DNA of 64,000 bases from Octopus sinensis (Eukaryota), in assembly GCF_006345805.1 (NCBI RefSeq), contig NC_043022.1:3844001-3908000 (forward strand), read 5' to 3'. The first letter of the stretch is position 1, and every line of letters begins with the position of its first letter. Below the pieces are notes generated by a model. The model was not told where the DNA came from. It saw nothing but the letters and a program-made list of their open reading frames with translations, and did no database searches. Of this stretch, positions 37,508 through 51,135 are shown in pieces. The position numbers were made by a program, and so were the translations under genes.

Positions 37508-40268
37508 ACCCAAATTCTGCCAGGGTTGGCTTTGCTTTTCATCTTTTCAGGTTCAATAAAATAAGAACCAGTTGAAGACTACCGTTAATGTAATCAACTT
37601 ACTTCCTTCCCTGAAATTCCTGGCCTTGTATCAAAATCTGAAATCAACATGTAACCTTGCTTTAAGATGGCGACAAGCTGGCAGAATTGTTAGCACTCTG
37701 GATAAAATATTTAACTGTATTTCATATGTTCTGAGTTCAAATTTCACCAAGACTGGCTTTATTTTACATCCTTTTGGGGCTGATAAAATAAGAACAAATT
37801 GAGCACTGGGGTCGATGTGATTGACTTACGCCCCTCCCCACAAAATTACTGGTGTCGTATCAAAATTGGAAATCAATATGTAACCCTGCTTTACATATTG
37901 TGTGTGTGGGTGTGTCTTTGTATCTGTGCTTGTCCCCCCAGTGCTGGTGTGTTTATATCCCCATAACATAGTGGTTCGGCAAAAGAGATTGATTGAATAA
38001 GTACCAAGCTTTTAAAAAAAATAAGCATGGAGTCAAATTCTTTCAACTAAAAATTCTTCAAGATGGCGCCCCCGCATGGCCACAACCTTCTGGCTGAAAC
38101 AAGTAAGAGATAAAAGATAAGAGGTAGTTGTAGCAATTCCAAAAGTTCACCAATTAGTGGTTACACCTGTCTCCTGAGACAGGTGTAAACATTTACCATT
38201 CTAACCACAACCCAGATGAACATTGAGGGTGCCACAGCTGGAAAGACGGAGAATGAGAGAGGGTCGCATTAGGATTGGGCTGGCATTTTCTTTGAATGAA
38301 AGACAAAGAAGACCTCAATGGAGTTTGAACTCCTATGAGTTCAAACTGTGCTATCACAGACAGCCAGAGTAAACTTTGCAACATATTTTAACCAGAGTTC
38401 TAGAGTAAAGCTCCACTTCTGTCATAAATGACCATGGGATTGCACCTACAAAATTCCCCCTCTGAGGCACAAGTCTAGGTAAGGTTGTTTATGGAAGACC
38501 ATCAGTTGTCCATGCATACCAGCCTCCCCCCTCTCCATGCCACTGATGTTACCCAAGAGAAAGGTAAAGGGGCCGATACAGCTTGGCCCTAGTGACATTG
38601 CAACTCATTTCTACAGCTGAGTGAACTGGAGCAATATGAAATAAAGTGTCTTGCTCAAGAACACAACACAAAGCCTGGTCCAGGAATTGAACTCACCACC
38701 TCATGATTGTGAGCCCGATGCTCTAACCACTGAACCAATGCTTTAACCACTGAACCCACAGCTGTAACAGCTGCCAATTAAATGCTCAAAATATATACAC
38801 AAATATAACAAGGTGTCATTTAAACATATGGTGTGTGTGTGTGTTTACTTAAGATGCAGTCCACGGATGGTTTATCGTGATGTTTGACGCAGTTTCAATA
38901 ACCATCATGTATTTTGATTATTATCATTATTCTGCTATGTATGGTGGTGAGCTGACAATGTCAGACAAATTGCTTAGCAGAAGTTCAAATTTTTCCATGG
39001 TCGACTTTGCCTTTCGTTCTTTCGGGGTTGATAAAAGACGTACAAACTCAGCACTAGGGTCAATGTAATCAACCTGCCCCTCCCCTTAAAATTTGGAATC
39101 ATTATTATTATTATTGTCATTATCTTCCAATTGATTTGCATTTATTTCACCTTCTAAACAGGTTTACAACCAGAAACCTAAGACACGAATATATTGGATG
39201 GAAGGAAACTTGCGGAGAATGTCGGAAGTTGAGGTCGACACAATTTTTTTGAGTCTCATAGATTGTTGGTTCCCAAGCTGCCCTTGTGGCAAAAAAAAAA
39301 TGAAATAATTATTATTATCATTGAGTGAGAGAGCAGCACATGCCATCCAAGTGACACTGGGGTACAAATATACAAAGCCCAGTATACCCATCATGACTAT
39401 CAGTCTTATAAGTTATGAGGATGTAAACACACCAGCATCGGTTGTCAAGCGATGGTGGTGGGGACAAACACAGACACACACACATACATATCTATATACA
39501 ATGGGCTTCTTTCAGTTTCCATCTACCAAATCCACTCACAAGGCTTTGGTTGGCCTGAGGCTATAATAGAAGACACTTGCCCGAGGTGCCACAAAGTAGG
39601 ACTGAACCCAGAACCATGTGGTTGGTAAGCAAGTTTCTTACCACACACAGCCACTCCTGCACCTAGAGACAGAAAGAAACAAAGAGAGAGGATGGCTTAG
39701 TGGTTAGGGTGTTGGACTCATGATCATAAGATTGTGGTTTCGATTCCTGGGCTGGGCAATTCACTGTATCCTTAAGCAAAACACTTCACTTCATGCTGCT
39801 TCAATCCACTCAAGTAGCAAAAATAATTAATCCTGCGAGGGACTGGGGTCCTGTCCATGAGGAACATATACACCACAAAAACTGGAAAAATCAGCCCTGT
39901 GAGTCTATGATACAGGAAGGATCTTTATCCTTTTTCTTTTTATCCCATATCAACCTAGGGGTTCTCAAATTAATACAGGCAATAGCCAAATAGATGGCAG
40001 GGGCCCATATAAGCTTTTATTTACAGTAAAAAAACCCACGTGAAATAACAAACGTCGGCCACAACATCTTGTTCTGATAGAGGTGACCATCTGTCACAGC
40101 TCTCAAATACTGACCGCAACAGCCTGCTACATAAAGCACTGCTTTGTCTTTCAGACCACAACTCACAGATGAGACAGAGCAGACACACAGATCAACAATA
40201 ATGTCCTGACAGTTTGGCCTTTTTTTTAATTTCTTTTTTTCCACATCAAGAGAAGTAGGATAGGCCTC

Positions 40269-40299
<31 letters not shown>

Positions 40300-41021
40300 A
40301 TGAGAGCAATAAAGAGATAGGGAGAAAGACATAGTTGTGTTTAGTTAGCATACTACTAGTGCAGTCTTCCCTCTATCTCTTTTGTTTTTTCATACACACA
40401 CACACACACACACTTGTATATATATGTAGGTTTAGCAAACCAAACAGGAAAAAATAAAACTCAAGAAACATGAGTATATATATATCCTGTTTCAGTCATT
40501 TGAGCACCGCCTTCAGTCAAGCAAATCGACCCCAGAACTTATTCTTTGTAAGCCTAGTACTTATTCTATCAGTCTCTTTTGCCAAACTGCTAAGTTATGG
40601 GGATGTAAACACACCAGCATCGGTTGTCAAGCAATGGTGGCAGGGGACAAACACAGACACATGCACACATATACCACGGGCTTCTTTCAGTTTCCATCTA
40701 CCAAACCCACTCACAAGGCTTTGGTTGTCTGAGGCTATAGTAGAAGACACTTGCCCAAGGTACCATGCAGTGGGATTGAACCCAGAACCATGTGGTTGGT
40801 AAGCAAGCTACTTATCACACAGCCACTCTTGCACCTATACATATATCTTTTATTAATATTTGGCTAAAATAAAAGAGTGACTCAAGGGCTGAGAGTTTCA
40901 TGCGTCTGATAAATGCTAAAACATGAAACTCAGCTTTTGAGTCACTCAAAATGCTAGGGGGACAAACACGGACACACAAACATATACACACACATACATA
41001 TATATATATATATACATATAT

Positions 41022-41415
41022 ACTCTCTTTTACTTGTTTCAGTCATTTGACTGCAGCCATGCTGGAGCACCGCCTTTAGTCGAGCAGATCGACCCCGGGA
41101 CTTATTCTTTGTAAGCCCAGTACTTATTCTATCGGTCTCTTTTGCCGAACCGCTAAGTGACGGGGACATAAACACACCAGCATTGGTTGTCAAGCAATGC
41201 TAGGGGGACAAACACAGACACACAAACACACACACATATATATATACATATATACGACAGGCTTCTTTCAGTTTCCGTCTACCAAATCCCCTCACAAGGC
41301 ATTGGTCGGCCCGGGGCTATAGCAGAAGACACTTGCCCAAGATGCCACGCAGTGGGACTGAACCCGGAACCATGTGGTTGGTTAGCAAGCTACTTACCAC
41401 ACAGCCACTCCTGCG
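41022..41415 (-). mobile_element. SINE family A, full length
   Basis: Near-consensus reverse copy. Confidence 0.9.
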
Positions 41416-41799
41416 ACGAGTACCAGGCTTTAAAAAAAAATAAATAAAAAGGAGCTGGGGACTAGAAATTCATTCGACTAAAAATTCTTCAAGGTTCTGC
41501 CCCAGAATGGTCGCAGTCTGGTTACTGGAACAAGTAGCAAGACTTTAAAAAGATGGACAGACATATTGCCCCAGAAGCTCACACTCTGACATGAAAGACA
41601 AGAGAGGAAGATTGAAGCAATCTTTGCCAGTAATTCTTCAAACGTATCCATGAAGAACGACAGCTCTGAACAATAACCCAACCTGATATTCAAGTTTTTC
41701 TGCTTCGTTATGGTTTTAATGCTTCTTTCTGGCTGCAGGATTATTTCATAAATGCTCAGGTACTGTCAACACCTGGTTGTCGGTCTTTATTCTATTGTA

Positions 41800-41879
41800 C
41801 TGTGTGTGTGCTTGAGTGTGTGTGTGTGTGTGTGTATGCATTTGTGTATGTGTGTGTATTTGTGTGTGAGTGCTTGAGC

Positions 41880-41911
<32 letters not shown>

Positions 41912-42340
41912 TATGGTTGTGTGCGTTTGTGTGTGTGTGTGTGTGTGTGTTGTGTGTGTGTGTGTGCATTTGTGTGTGAGTTTGTGAGTGTTTGAACGTT
42001 TGTGTGTGTGTGTGTGTGTATGTTATGGTTGTGTTTGTGTGTGGTGTGTGTGTGTATGTTATGGTTGTGTGCGTTTGTGTGTTGTGTGTGTGTGTGTGTG
42101 TGCATTTGTGTGTGAGTTTGTGAGTGTTTGAACGTTTGTGTGTGTGTGTGTGTGTATGTTATGGTTGTGTTTGTGTGTGGTGTGTGTGTATGCGTGTGTG
42201 CATGCGTTTGTGTGTGAGTTTATGAGTGTCTGAACGTTTGTGTATGTGTATGGTTTTGTGTGTATATGTGTGTGCGTTTGTGTGTTTGTGTGGCTGTGTG
42301 TGGGTGTGTATGTGTGTGTGCACACATGTGCATGTTTCTG
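41800..42340 (+). repeat. Compound (GT)n satellite with higher-order units
   Basis: Recurring tatgttatggttgtgt and gtgagtttgtgagtgtttgaacgtttg blocks. Confidence 0.85.
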
Positions 42341-42989
42341 TGTGCACAACATTCCAAAAGTCACTAGATACCTCTCCTTCTACTCTTTTATATCTAAGAA
42401 AGTCAACTCGTTAACTACAATGCCTAAATAGGTTAAATACAAGATTAAGTCGTTTAGATGTGTCAATCAACATTATTTGGTTTCTAGCAATGAACCTTTC
42501 GAAAAGAAAAAAAAGAATGGCATCTATTTATTTTTGAGCTGTGTGTGTGTCACATTAAAAGTACATGTGCTGGTGTCAAATAAAAAGCACCCCGGGTGCT
42601 GGTGGCACGTAAAAGCACCTGTGCCAGTGCCACATATAAAGGACCGGTGCTGGTTCCACATTAAAGGGAGAAAAGTACACTCTGTAAAGTGGTTGGCCTT
42701 AGGAAGAGCATCCAGTTGCAGAAACCATGCTGAGACAGGCAATTGGAGCCTGGGGCAGCTCTTCAGGTGGCCACCACCTGTCGAATCATCCAACTCATAA
42801 TGGAAAGCAGACATTAAATGAAGATAGTGGTGGTGGTGGTGTTTGGCAAGATACCTATACCTGTCCTTCTATACCTGTAATCAAAGCCACCCCCACCTCA
42901 CCACTTCTTCCCACTCCCAGTTGACAGGGGTCTTTGTCTTGCAAGTTACCCTGGTGACCCTGTTGGTGCTGGTACCACATAAAAAGTAA

Positions 42990-43210
42990 GGCGGCGAGCT
43001 GGCAGAAACGTTAGCACGCCGGGCGAAATGCGTAGCCGTATTTCATCTGCCGCTACGTTCTGAGTTCAAATTCTGCCGAGGTCGACTTTGCCTTTCATCC
43101 TTTCGGGGTCGATAAATTAAGTACCAGTTACGCACTGGGGTCGATATAATCGACTTAATCCATTTGTCTGTCTTTGTTTGTCCCCTTGTGGGTAGTAAAG
43201 AAATAGGTAC
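42990..43210 (+). mobile_element. SINE family D (gcggcgagctggcagaa..gtcgactttgcctttcatcc..)
   Basis: Recurs at about 6370-6580, 27890-28100, 33150-33280, 37670-37860, 38960-39090, 48050-48255 and 49880-50040. Confidence 0.8.
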
Positions 43211-43507
43211 CACATAAAAAGTTTGAAATGTAATTTTAAACCTTCAACAGCAAAATCAAATTCTATGGTTAGTCCAGTAATGATCTTTAAACATTTCCTA
43301 AAAAAGAATAGAATCGGTATTTTCTGCCAGTCACATTGTCTCAATAACCTTGATAGATCTCAACAAATAAATAGTTCCAAAGAGTGGTCATGTCAGATTC
43401 TAGCAATTTTAACCCTTTTACACAAAAATTAATTTTCATGGAAGTATTGATGTTAGATATTTCGTTTTTGTATTTGGTTTGCAAGACTCTTGAAGTGAAT
43501 TTGTATA

Positions 43508-44020
43508 TCTATATATATAAAACTGTAGTTGTGTGAGTGTCTGTCCCCTTCGATTTAGATTCCTAACTACTCCCACATTTTGCGGTGCAGTTTAACCAAA
43601 TTCGGGTATCTTATAGTCGTGATTCATATCGAGCCCGTCTGAGTATTAGCGCGCGTCTACGATGAGTCTACGATTTAAAAAATAATTTAACATCATTTTT
43701 TATTCCATTTTAATGCATAATTTTTCGTGTGTCGATGGCGGCAGAGTTGGTGTCCATGGTCACACCTGCACCTGTTTGCTTCTCCCCCTTCTTCCCTCCC
43801 TCGTGAAGCTGTGGGGAAGGGGGTGTAAGGAAATCTACGTCGTAAAGCGTTGTCAAGGAGACCAGCGTTATTTTAGAACAACGACTTCATGGCTTGAAGA
43901 CACCAAAACAGAAATGGCTAAGAGAGCCCGAATTGGCATCTATAAGGGAAGTAACTCTCTAAAAATGCTTATATAGTTATTTCCCTTACAAACCCGAGCA
44001 ACGCCGGGCGATACTGCTAG
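43508..44020 (+). mobile_element. Non-autonomous Helitron-like element
   Basis: 5' A|TCTATATATATAAAA; 3' hairpin CCCGAGC-AAC-GCCGGG followed by CTAG|T; inserted at A|T without TSD inside another repeat. Confidence 0.85.
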
Positions 44021-46253
44021 TTAAAGTATATTTCATTGTGTCTGGGGAGAGTCATTCTCTTTCAGTGCCTTATTACTCGACACACTCACTGATTTAATTT
44101 CCACTCATTTACTTATTTATTTTTACTAAAATTTTTGTTGCGTCTTGCAACCGCTTCAATACTTATTAACTGTCCATTATCAGAGCTGCGTTCTTTCTGT
44201 ATGTTTGTGTGCATGTGTATACACATATGTATGTATGAATGTATGTATGTGTATACATATATATGTATGCATGTGTGTGCATTTGTATGTATGTATTTGA
44301 GGCTGGCAGACGGCCACGCTCGGATGGTGTCTTTTTTTTTTTCGTCTGGCACCTCTGTCTTCTTGTGTGTGCATGTTTGAGCGTGTCTATGTGTATGTGT
44401 TTGTGTCTGTTACCAAAAAATAAAATTGGTATCTTCTGCAAGTCATGCTGTCTCACTGAACTTGACATATTTCAACAGAAAACTCTTTCAAACAAGATAT
44501 CCCCCCCCCCATCAAAAGATAGATTGGTGTATGAAACTACTTTCCATAGTTTCAGGGAAAGAAATTTTGATTGGATATATTTAATTCACACAGTCAAAGA
44601 GTTAATATACCAATATAAGTTTGTCTTTTGTTATGTTCCAAACACCATTTTAATTCTTTAACAGTGAAATTAATACAAAGCGACAGAGGTATACACAACC
44701 ACGCATGCAAACACACACTAACACATGAATATGCAGAATACATACATACAAACGTACACACATATATATACATATGCATACACATACATGCATATATACA
44801 TACATGTGTATGTGCACACACACTGACCCACATACATGCACACAAACAAACAATAAAAAACACAGCTCAGATAACGAACACAGTCAACGACTATTGAAAA
44901 GGTTGCAAGACACGACGAAAACTTTAGAAAGTGAATGAGTGGAAATTTTACCGGTGAGTGTGTTAAATTAATAAGGCACTAAAAGAAAATGACCCTCCCC
45001 AGACACAACAAAATATGCTTCAACACACGAACTCACATAAAGAATCTTGCAAACCAAATCCCAAAACGAAATAAATTTTATAGTTATTCCAGGAATGATA
45101 AAATAAAATCTTCCTAAAAATAGAACTGGTATTTGCTGCAAGTTGTGCTGCCTCAATAAACTTGACATTTCTCAACAAAGAATCGTTCCAAACATGACAT
45201 TCCTCAACAAAAATAGAGACTAGTATATAAAACTGCTTTCCATTGTTAAGGGTAATGACATTTTGAGTGGGCCTTTATGATTTCTGCAGTAAAGGGTTAA
45301 AACCTTCCTTGATGTCGTAAGATTTCTGGGTAGACACATAAATGCTCATAGTGGAAGCTGTCCTTATCTTCCCCCTAAAGGTGAAGGTACACCATCCAGC
45401 GGTTAAAATGTCAAGCTCAGGGCTGTTAGTACATGGGTTCATCTCCCAGACAGAGCACCACAGTGTGTCCTTGAGCAAGGAGGTTCATTTCACAATATTC
45501 TAGTTTACTCAGCTGAAAATGAGTACCAGCTGAATACTAAATGTTAACCGTGGGAACAGTAAGTTTTTATTTATCTGAACACTTGGGAACAAAGGATAAG
45601 TAGAAACCTGAACCTTCTAGACAGACTCAGGTTTTTTATGCTTATAAAGACATCGTAGACATCAAAACAATGAATTGTCAATGGATTCATAAAAGAAACC
45701 AGAAAATAATTAGAGTGAAAAATTCAGGCCATTTTAAACTGAGAAAACAACAACAAAGGTGTGAAGTGAACACCTACTCAGGTGTGTCCCACCAAATTTG
45801 TTTCTCCATAACTTTTGAAAAAATGGGTATTTTCTAATGAAATTTTCAACAAATATCTTTCAGATGGTGTACATTCTAATTATAATGGAATTTGTTGAGA
45901 GAGTTTTTTTAAAGGCAGCAGGGAAAGGAGTTTCAGATAATTCACACAAGTTAACTTAGTTTCCTCAAAACTGTCAGAAAAATGAGTATTTTCTAATGAA
46001 ATTTTCTCCAAATATCTTACAGATGGTATAAATTATGATTATTTAATGCATAAAAATGAGAATTTAATGCATAAAAAAATTGGCCTACACACACACACTG
46101 AAACAATTTCTTTTCATTTTGTAAGTGTATACCCACAAATTTGTTCTTCTTTCTCTTTTTTTTTTTCACATTAAATTCTGATTATAATTGCAACTTATAG
46201 TATCTGAAAGATATTTGAAGACAGTTTCATTAAAAATATCTGTTTTTCTGAAA

Positions 46254-46648
46254 GGGCTGTGTGGTAAGTAGCTTGCTAACCAACCACATGGTTCCGGGTT
46301 CGGTCCCACTGCGTGGCATCTTGGGCAAGTGTCTTCTGCTATAGCCCTGGGCTGACCAATGCCTTGTGAGTGGATTTGGTAGACGGAAACTGAAAGAAGC
46401 CTGTCGTATATATATATATATATATGTGTGTGTTTGTGTGTCTGTGTTTGTCTCCCTAGTACTGCTTGACAACCGATGCTGGTGTGCTTATGTCCCCGTC
46501 ACTTAGCGGATCGGCAAAAGAGACCGATAGAATAAGTACTGGGCTTACAAAGAATAAGTCCCGGGGTCGATTTGCTCGACTAAAGGTGGTGCTCCAGCAT
46601 GGCCACAGTCAAATGACTGAAACAAGTAAAAGAGTAAAGAGCAAAAGA
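46254..46648 (+). mobile_element. SINE family A
   Basis: Near-consensus copy, slightly 5'-clipped. Confidence 0.9.
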
Positions 46649-47107
46649 GTATAACAAAATCAAGTGCAGGAGACACACACTTGTGTAGGTATGCCAGTGT
46701 CAAGTCTGTTGGAGAAATTGTTGTAAAAAGCAAGTTTGTGGCCATCTGTTAGAGACCTTATCAGTTTACATCCAGAAAACAGAATCTGCTATTTTTACTT
46801 TAGACCCAACCCTGGCCAACTCCAATTATATTGCGGGCCACTTTAATCACTGAAAGTTTTTTTGAAGGCCACTTGTATACTTTATGCACTAATAGTCAAA
46901 TACTAAAATTACAGAATCAAGAATTTGTTTAAAATTATAAAATTGTAGGTTATTTGCTTCATTGCCACTTATAAATTTTAAATTTATTTTGAAACAAATG
47001 TTTTATACAAACAATTTTATTCAAACTTTAAATAAACCCATTTCAAGAAAGTATCAAGCGGGCCGCAAGATAAAAGTCTGCGGGTCGCAGGCCTCAGGCT
47101 GGCCAGC

Positions 47108-47541
47108 ACTCTCTCTCTCTTTTACTCTTTTACTTGTTTCAGTCATATGACTGCGGCCATGCTGGAGCACCGCCTTTAATCGAGTAACTCGACCCCGGGA
47201 CTTATTCTTTTGTAAGCCCAGTACTTATTCTATCGGTCTCTTTTGCCGAACCGCTAAGTAACGGGGACATAAACACACCAGCATCGGTTGTCAAGCAATG
47301 CTAGGGGGACAAACACACACACATATATATACTTTGATACTTTGATAGGTTTCGGCCATTATTGGCCCAGGCCATGTCTAACTTAATAGCACCACCTGGA
47401 CTTCTTTCAGTTTCCGTCTACGAAATCCACTCACAAGGCTTTGGTCGGCCCGAGGCTATAGTAGAAGACACTTGCCTAAGGTGCCACACAGTGGGACTGA
47501 AGCCGGAACCGTGTGGTTGGTAAACAAGCTACTTACCACCC
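47108..47541 (-). mobile_element. SINE family A with foreign insert in its microsatellite
   Basis: Reverse copy; 47330-47402 is non-SINE sequence also seen at 19888-19962. Confidence 0.88.
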
Positions 47542-48780
47542 AGCCACTCCTAGACTCTTAAATACATTTTTGCTCGGCTTTAATTTCAAGTCTAGTTGAA
47601 GAAAGACAGACTTGACCCACATTTCTTATAAAAATAGAGAAAAAAATTATGAATTCTTTTTATCTCAGTCATTAGATTGAAGCCATGCTGGAGCGCTACC
47701 TTGAAAACCCAGTGCTTATTCTTTTAAACTTGGTTCTTATTCGGTTTGTCTCTTTTGCTGAACTGCTAAGTTATGGGGATGTAAACACACCAACAGTAGT
47801 TGTGAAGCGGTGGTGGGGAACAAACACAAGGCGCACACACATCTATATATATACACAACAGGCTTCTTTCAGTTTCCGTCTACCAAATCCAGTCACAAGA
47901 TTTTGGGTCAGCCTGAGGCTATAGTAGAAGACACTTGCCCAAGCTACTACGTAGTGGAACTGAACCCACAACCATGTGGTTGGGAAGCAAACTTCTGACC
48001 ACACAGCCACGCCTAAATAAATAAATTGAGATAAAATAAAATAATAATGGCTTCAAATTTTAGTTCAGAGTCAGGAGTTTTTGAGGGGAGGGGTTAAGTC
48101 GATTACATCGACCCCAGTTCTCAACAGGTAATTGACCCTGAAAGGATGAACAAACGAGTTGACCTCAGCGGAATTTGAACTCAAAACGTAAAGGCGGATG
48201 AAATGCCGCTAAGCATTTTGTCCGGCGTGCTAACGATTCTGTCAGCTCGCCGCCTTGATGATGGTGATGATAATAATAATAAAACGCGATGGTAACGATT
48301 GGAACGACTGTAGCTATAGGTCTGCTCTGTGAGAACCGAACTAACGTTAAACAACAACAACAACGAAAGTGTTAGATTTCCGCCACCAAAAAAACTTCAA
48401 AACCTGATTTAAAGAATATAATTCTTCATAATAACGGTCTTTAGAAATAAGTTTTATTTTTAAAAAATAAAATTGTCGTTAATTTCGAAAACTGACTTTT
48501 TTGGCACCGAAAAGGGTTTGTTGAGGGTTTAAAACTTAGAGAGGGAACCACTTCTTGAGGTACAACCTACGCCAGCTTGACAAAGAAATAATAATAATTA
48601 ATTAACTACCTTTTCTTTAGTTGTTACAGTCATCGGACTGCGGCCATGCTGGGGCCACCACCTTGAAGGGGTTTCAGTCAAACGAAACGACCCCAAGACT
48701 TATGTGTTGTTCTTGATTTTTTTTTTTAAAGCCTGGTACTTATTCTCTGGGTACCTCATACTGAACCGCTAAGTCACGCG

Positions 48781-48821
<41 letters not shown>

Positions 48822-49683
48822 CCTTTCTGTTATAAACACAAAGCCTGAAATTTTGGGGGTAGATACAAGATCTGAACTTCGTGGGGGAAAGGGATTTGTT
48901 TACATAGACCCCACAGCTCAACTGGTATTTGTTCTATCCCGAAAGGACTAATAATTATTATTGTGTGAATAAAAAGCTTGGAATGTTGCGGTAAAATAAA
49001 GCAAAATGGGATGTGGTGAGTTTCATGGCTTTCCAAATGTAAGTGAAATAGACTTGTAACTGCTTAACCCCTAAGTCAGTCCATGGTAAAGCAGACCCAA
49101 TGATCAATGGCATTCCAACAGTGACCATCCACTCTTATTATTATTTACCCTCCTCAAGCACAAGTACACCCGGGATTAAAATATCCAATGTGTCCTAAGG
49201 GAGTAAGTGTGTGATTTGAGGGATATTAGTTGTTATTTCTAGTATGTCCAACGACTGGAGCAGACCTATGAACTACTGCATTCCAGCAGTGACCATCCAG
49301 TTGTAATGTTTATAATTTTTTCCCCTCTCAAGCACAAGGACATCCAACGTGTTGTAAGAGGGTAGAGTGTGGTTTGAAGGGAAATTAAGCTGTTATTTTT
49401 AGCATGTCCAATGACTACCGTATAGGTATACGATAGACAGGGGAAAAACAGAGGCTGCTGCGACGGAAAAAGGGGTCGAAATTGTTCCCATTTCCCTAAA
49501 GATAAATAAACAGCGCGTGTTTCTAGAAACGACCAAGAACTAAATATTAAATGTTTCCAGAGTCGGGCTTCTTCTGAGAGACAAAATATAAACACGGTCT
49601 GGCTCTAGGGCCACAATAGTCCCCATGGGAAGTTAAAAACTGTTGTTCATTCAGGTGTATGCTATGTGAATAGGTCGTCTTAC

Positions 49684-49719
49684 CTGGGCGATCCTTAAGG
49701 CGTCGACAGGTCTTGCCAT
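49684..49719 (-). CDS. PEX2: PEX2 coding exon 1 (MARPVDALRIAQ)
   Basis: ATG in acgATGg context; ends CAG|gtaaga; matches the LR(I/V)xQ motif that precedes LDA; lies in a CpG-richer patch. Confidence 0.9.
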
Positions 49720-49870
49720 CGTCCATCGGTAAAGAAAGTAAACTTAGAGAAACAAACCATACAACGGTGAACGATGTTGACGTGTATCCGGTGGAACTTA
49801 ATACCGGGTCGGATTGTTTTTCAAAGATGCGGTAGAGCGTCCGACAGAATTGTCTATTGCCGTTTTTTTC
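49720..49870 (-). promoter_or_regulatory. Probable PEX2 5' UTR / proximal promoter
   Basis: Non-repetitive, CpG-enriched segment immediately upstream of the PEX2 ATG, bounded by a SINE from about 49880. Confidence 0.55.
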
Positions 49871-50199
49871 TGCTGGTTCCTTTTATGTTCTGAGTTTGAA
49901 TACGGCAGGGAGAGACTTTTGCCTTTCGTCCCCCCTTCGGTGGGGAGGGAAGGGGTCGATGAAATATAGTACCAATTGAGTAATGGGATTTTTGACGTAA
50001 TCGACTAGTCCCTTTTCTCCACATTTCAGATCTTAGCCCCTACAGCAGAAAGAATTATTTAAAATTGTTTAAAAAAAAAAGAACTGAAAAAATAAGGAAA
50101 AAAACTAATAGAAACAAAAACGTATTTATTCTGTTGTTTTAAGTTTCGGAGATTGGACCGCAGCTATGCTGGAGCACCACACTCAAATGATTTTTAAGG

Positions 50200-50267
<68 letters not shown>

Positions 50268-50274
50268 ATATATA

Positions 50275-50672
50275 TACTCTTTTACTTGTTTCAGTCATTT
50301 GACTGCGGCCATGTTGGAGCACCGCCTTTAATCAGGCAACTCGACCCCGGGACTTATTCTTTTGTAAGCCCAGTACTTATTCTATCGGTCTCTTTTGAGA
50401 CCGCTAAGTAACGGGGACATAAACACACCAGCATCGGTTGTCAAGCAATGCTAGGGGGACAAACACAGACACACAAACATATACACACACACACATATAT
50501 ATATATACATATATACGACGGGCTTCTTTCAGTTTCCGTCTACCAAATCCACTCACAAGGCCTTGGTCGGCCTGAGGCTATAGTAGAAGACACTTGCTCA
50601 AGGTGCCACACAGTGGGACTGAACCCGGAACCATGTGGTTGGTAAACAAGTTCCTTACCACACAGCCACTCC

Positions 50673-50704
<32 letters not shown>

Positions 50705-51135
50705 TTGAGAAAAAGAAAAGAGAGAGAGAGAGAGAGAGGCACAGGAGTGGGTGTGTGGTAGCAAGTTTGCTTCCTAACCACACGGTTCCGGATTCAATCC
50801 CACCATGTGGCACCTTGGGCAAGTATCTTCTACTATAGCCTCAGGCGAATAAAAGCCTTGATAATGGATTTGGTAGGCAGAAACTGAAAGAAGCCTGTCG
50901 TATATATGTATGTGCGTGTGTCTGTGTTTGTCCCACTACCACCACTTGACAACCGGTGCTGGTGTGTTTATGTCCCCACAACTTAGTGGTTCGGCAAAAA
51001 GAGGCCAATAGAATAAGGATTAGGCTTACAAAGAATAAGTCCTAGGTTCAAATTGTTTGACTAAAACCCCTTAAGGTGATGCTCCAGCATGGCTGCAGTC
51101 AAAATGACTGAAACAAGAAAAGGAATAAAAGAGTA
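50275..51135. mobile_element. Two head-to-head SINE family A copies upstream of PEX2
   Basis: 50275-50671 (-) and 50739-51135 (+). Confidence 0.85.

Noticed and set aside
40017-40244. Unique-looking segment as nested exon or snoRNA in intron 1
   Set aside because: No convincing C/D or H/ACA boxes, splice pair or protein motif identified by eye.
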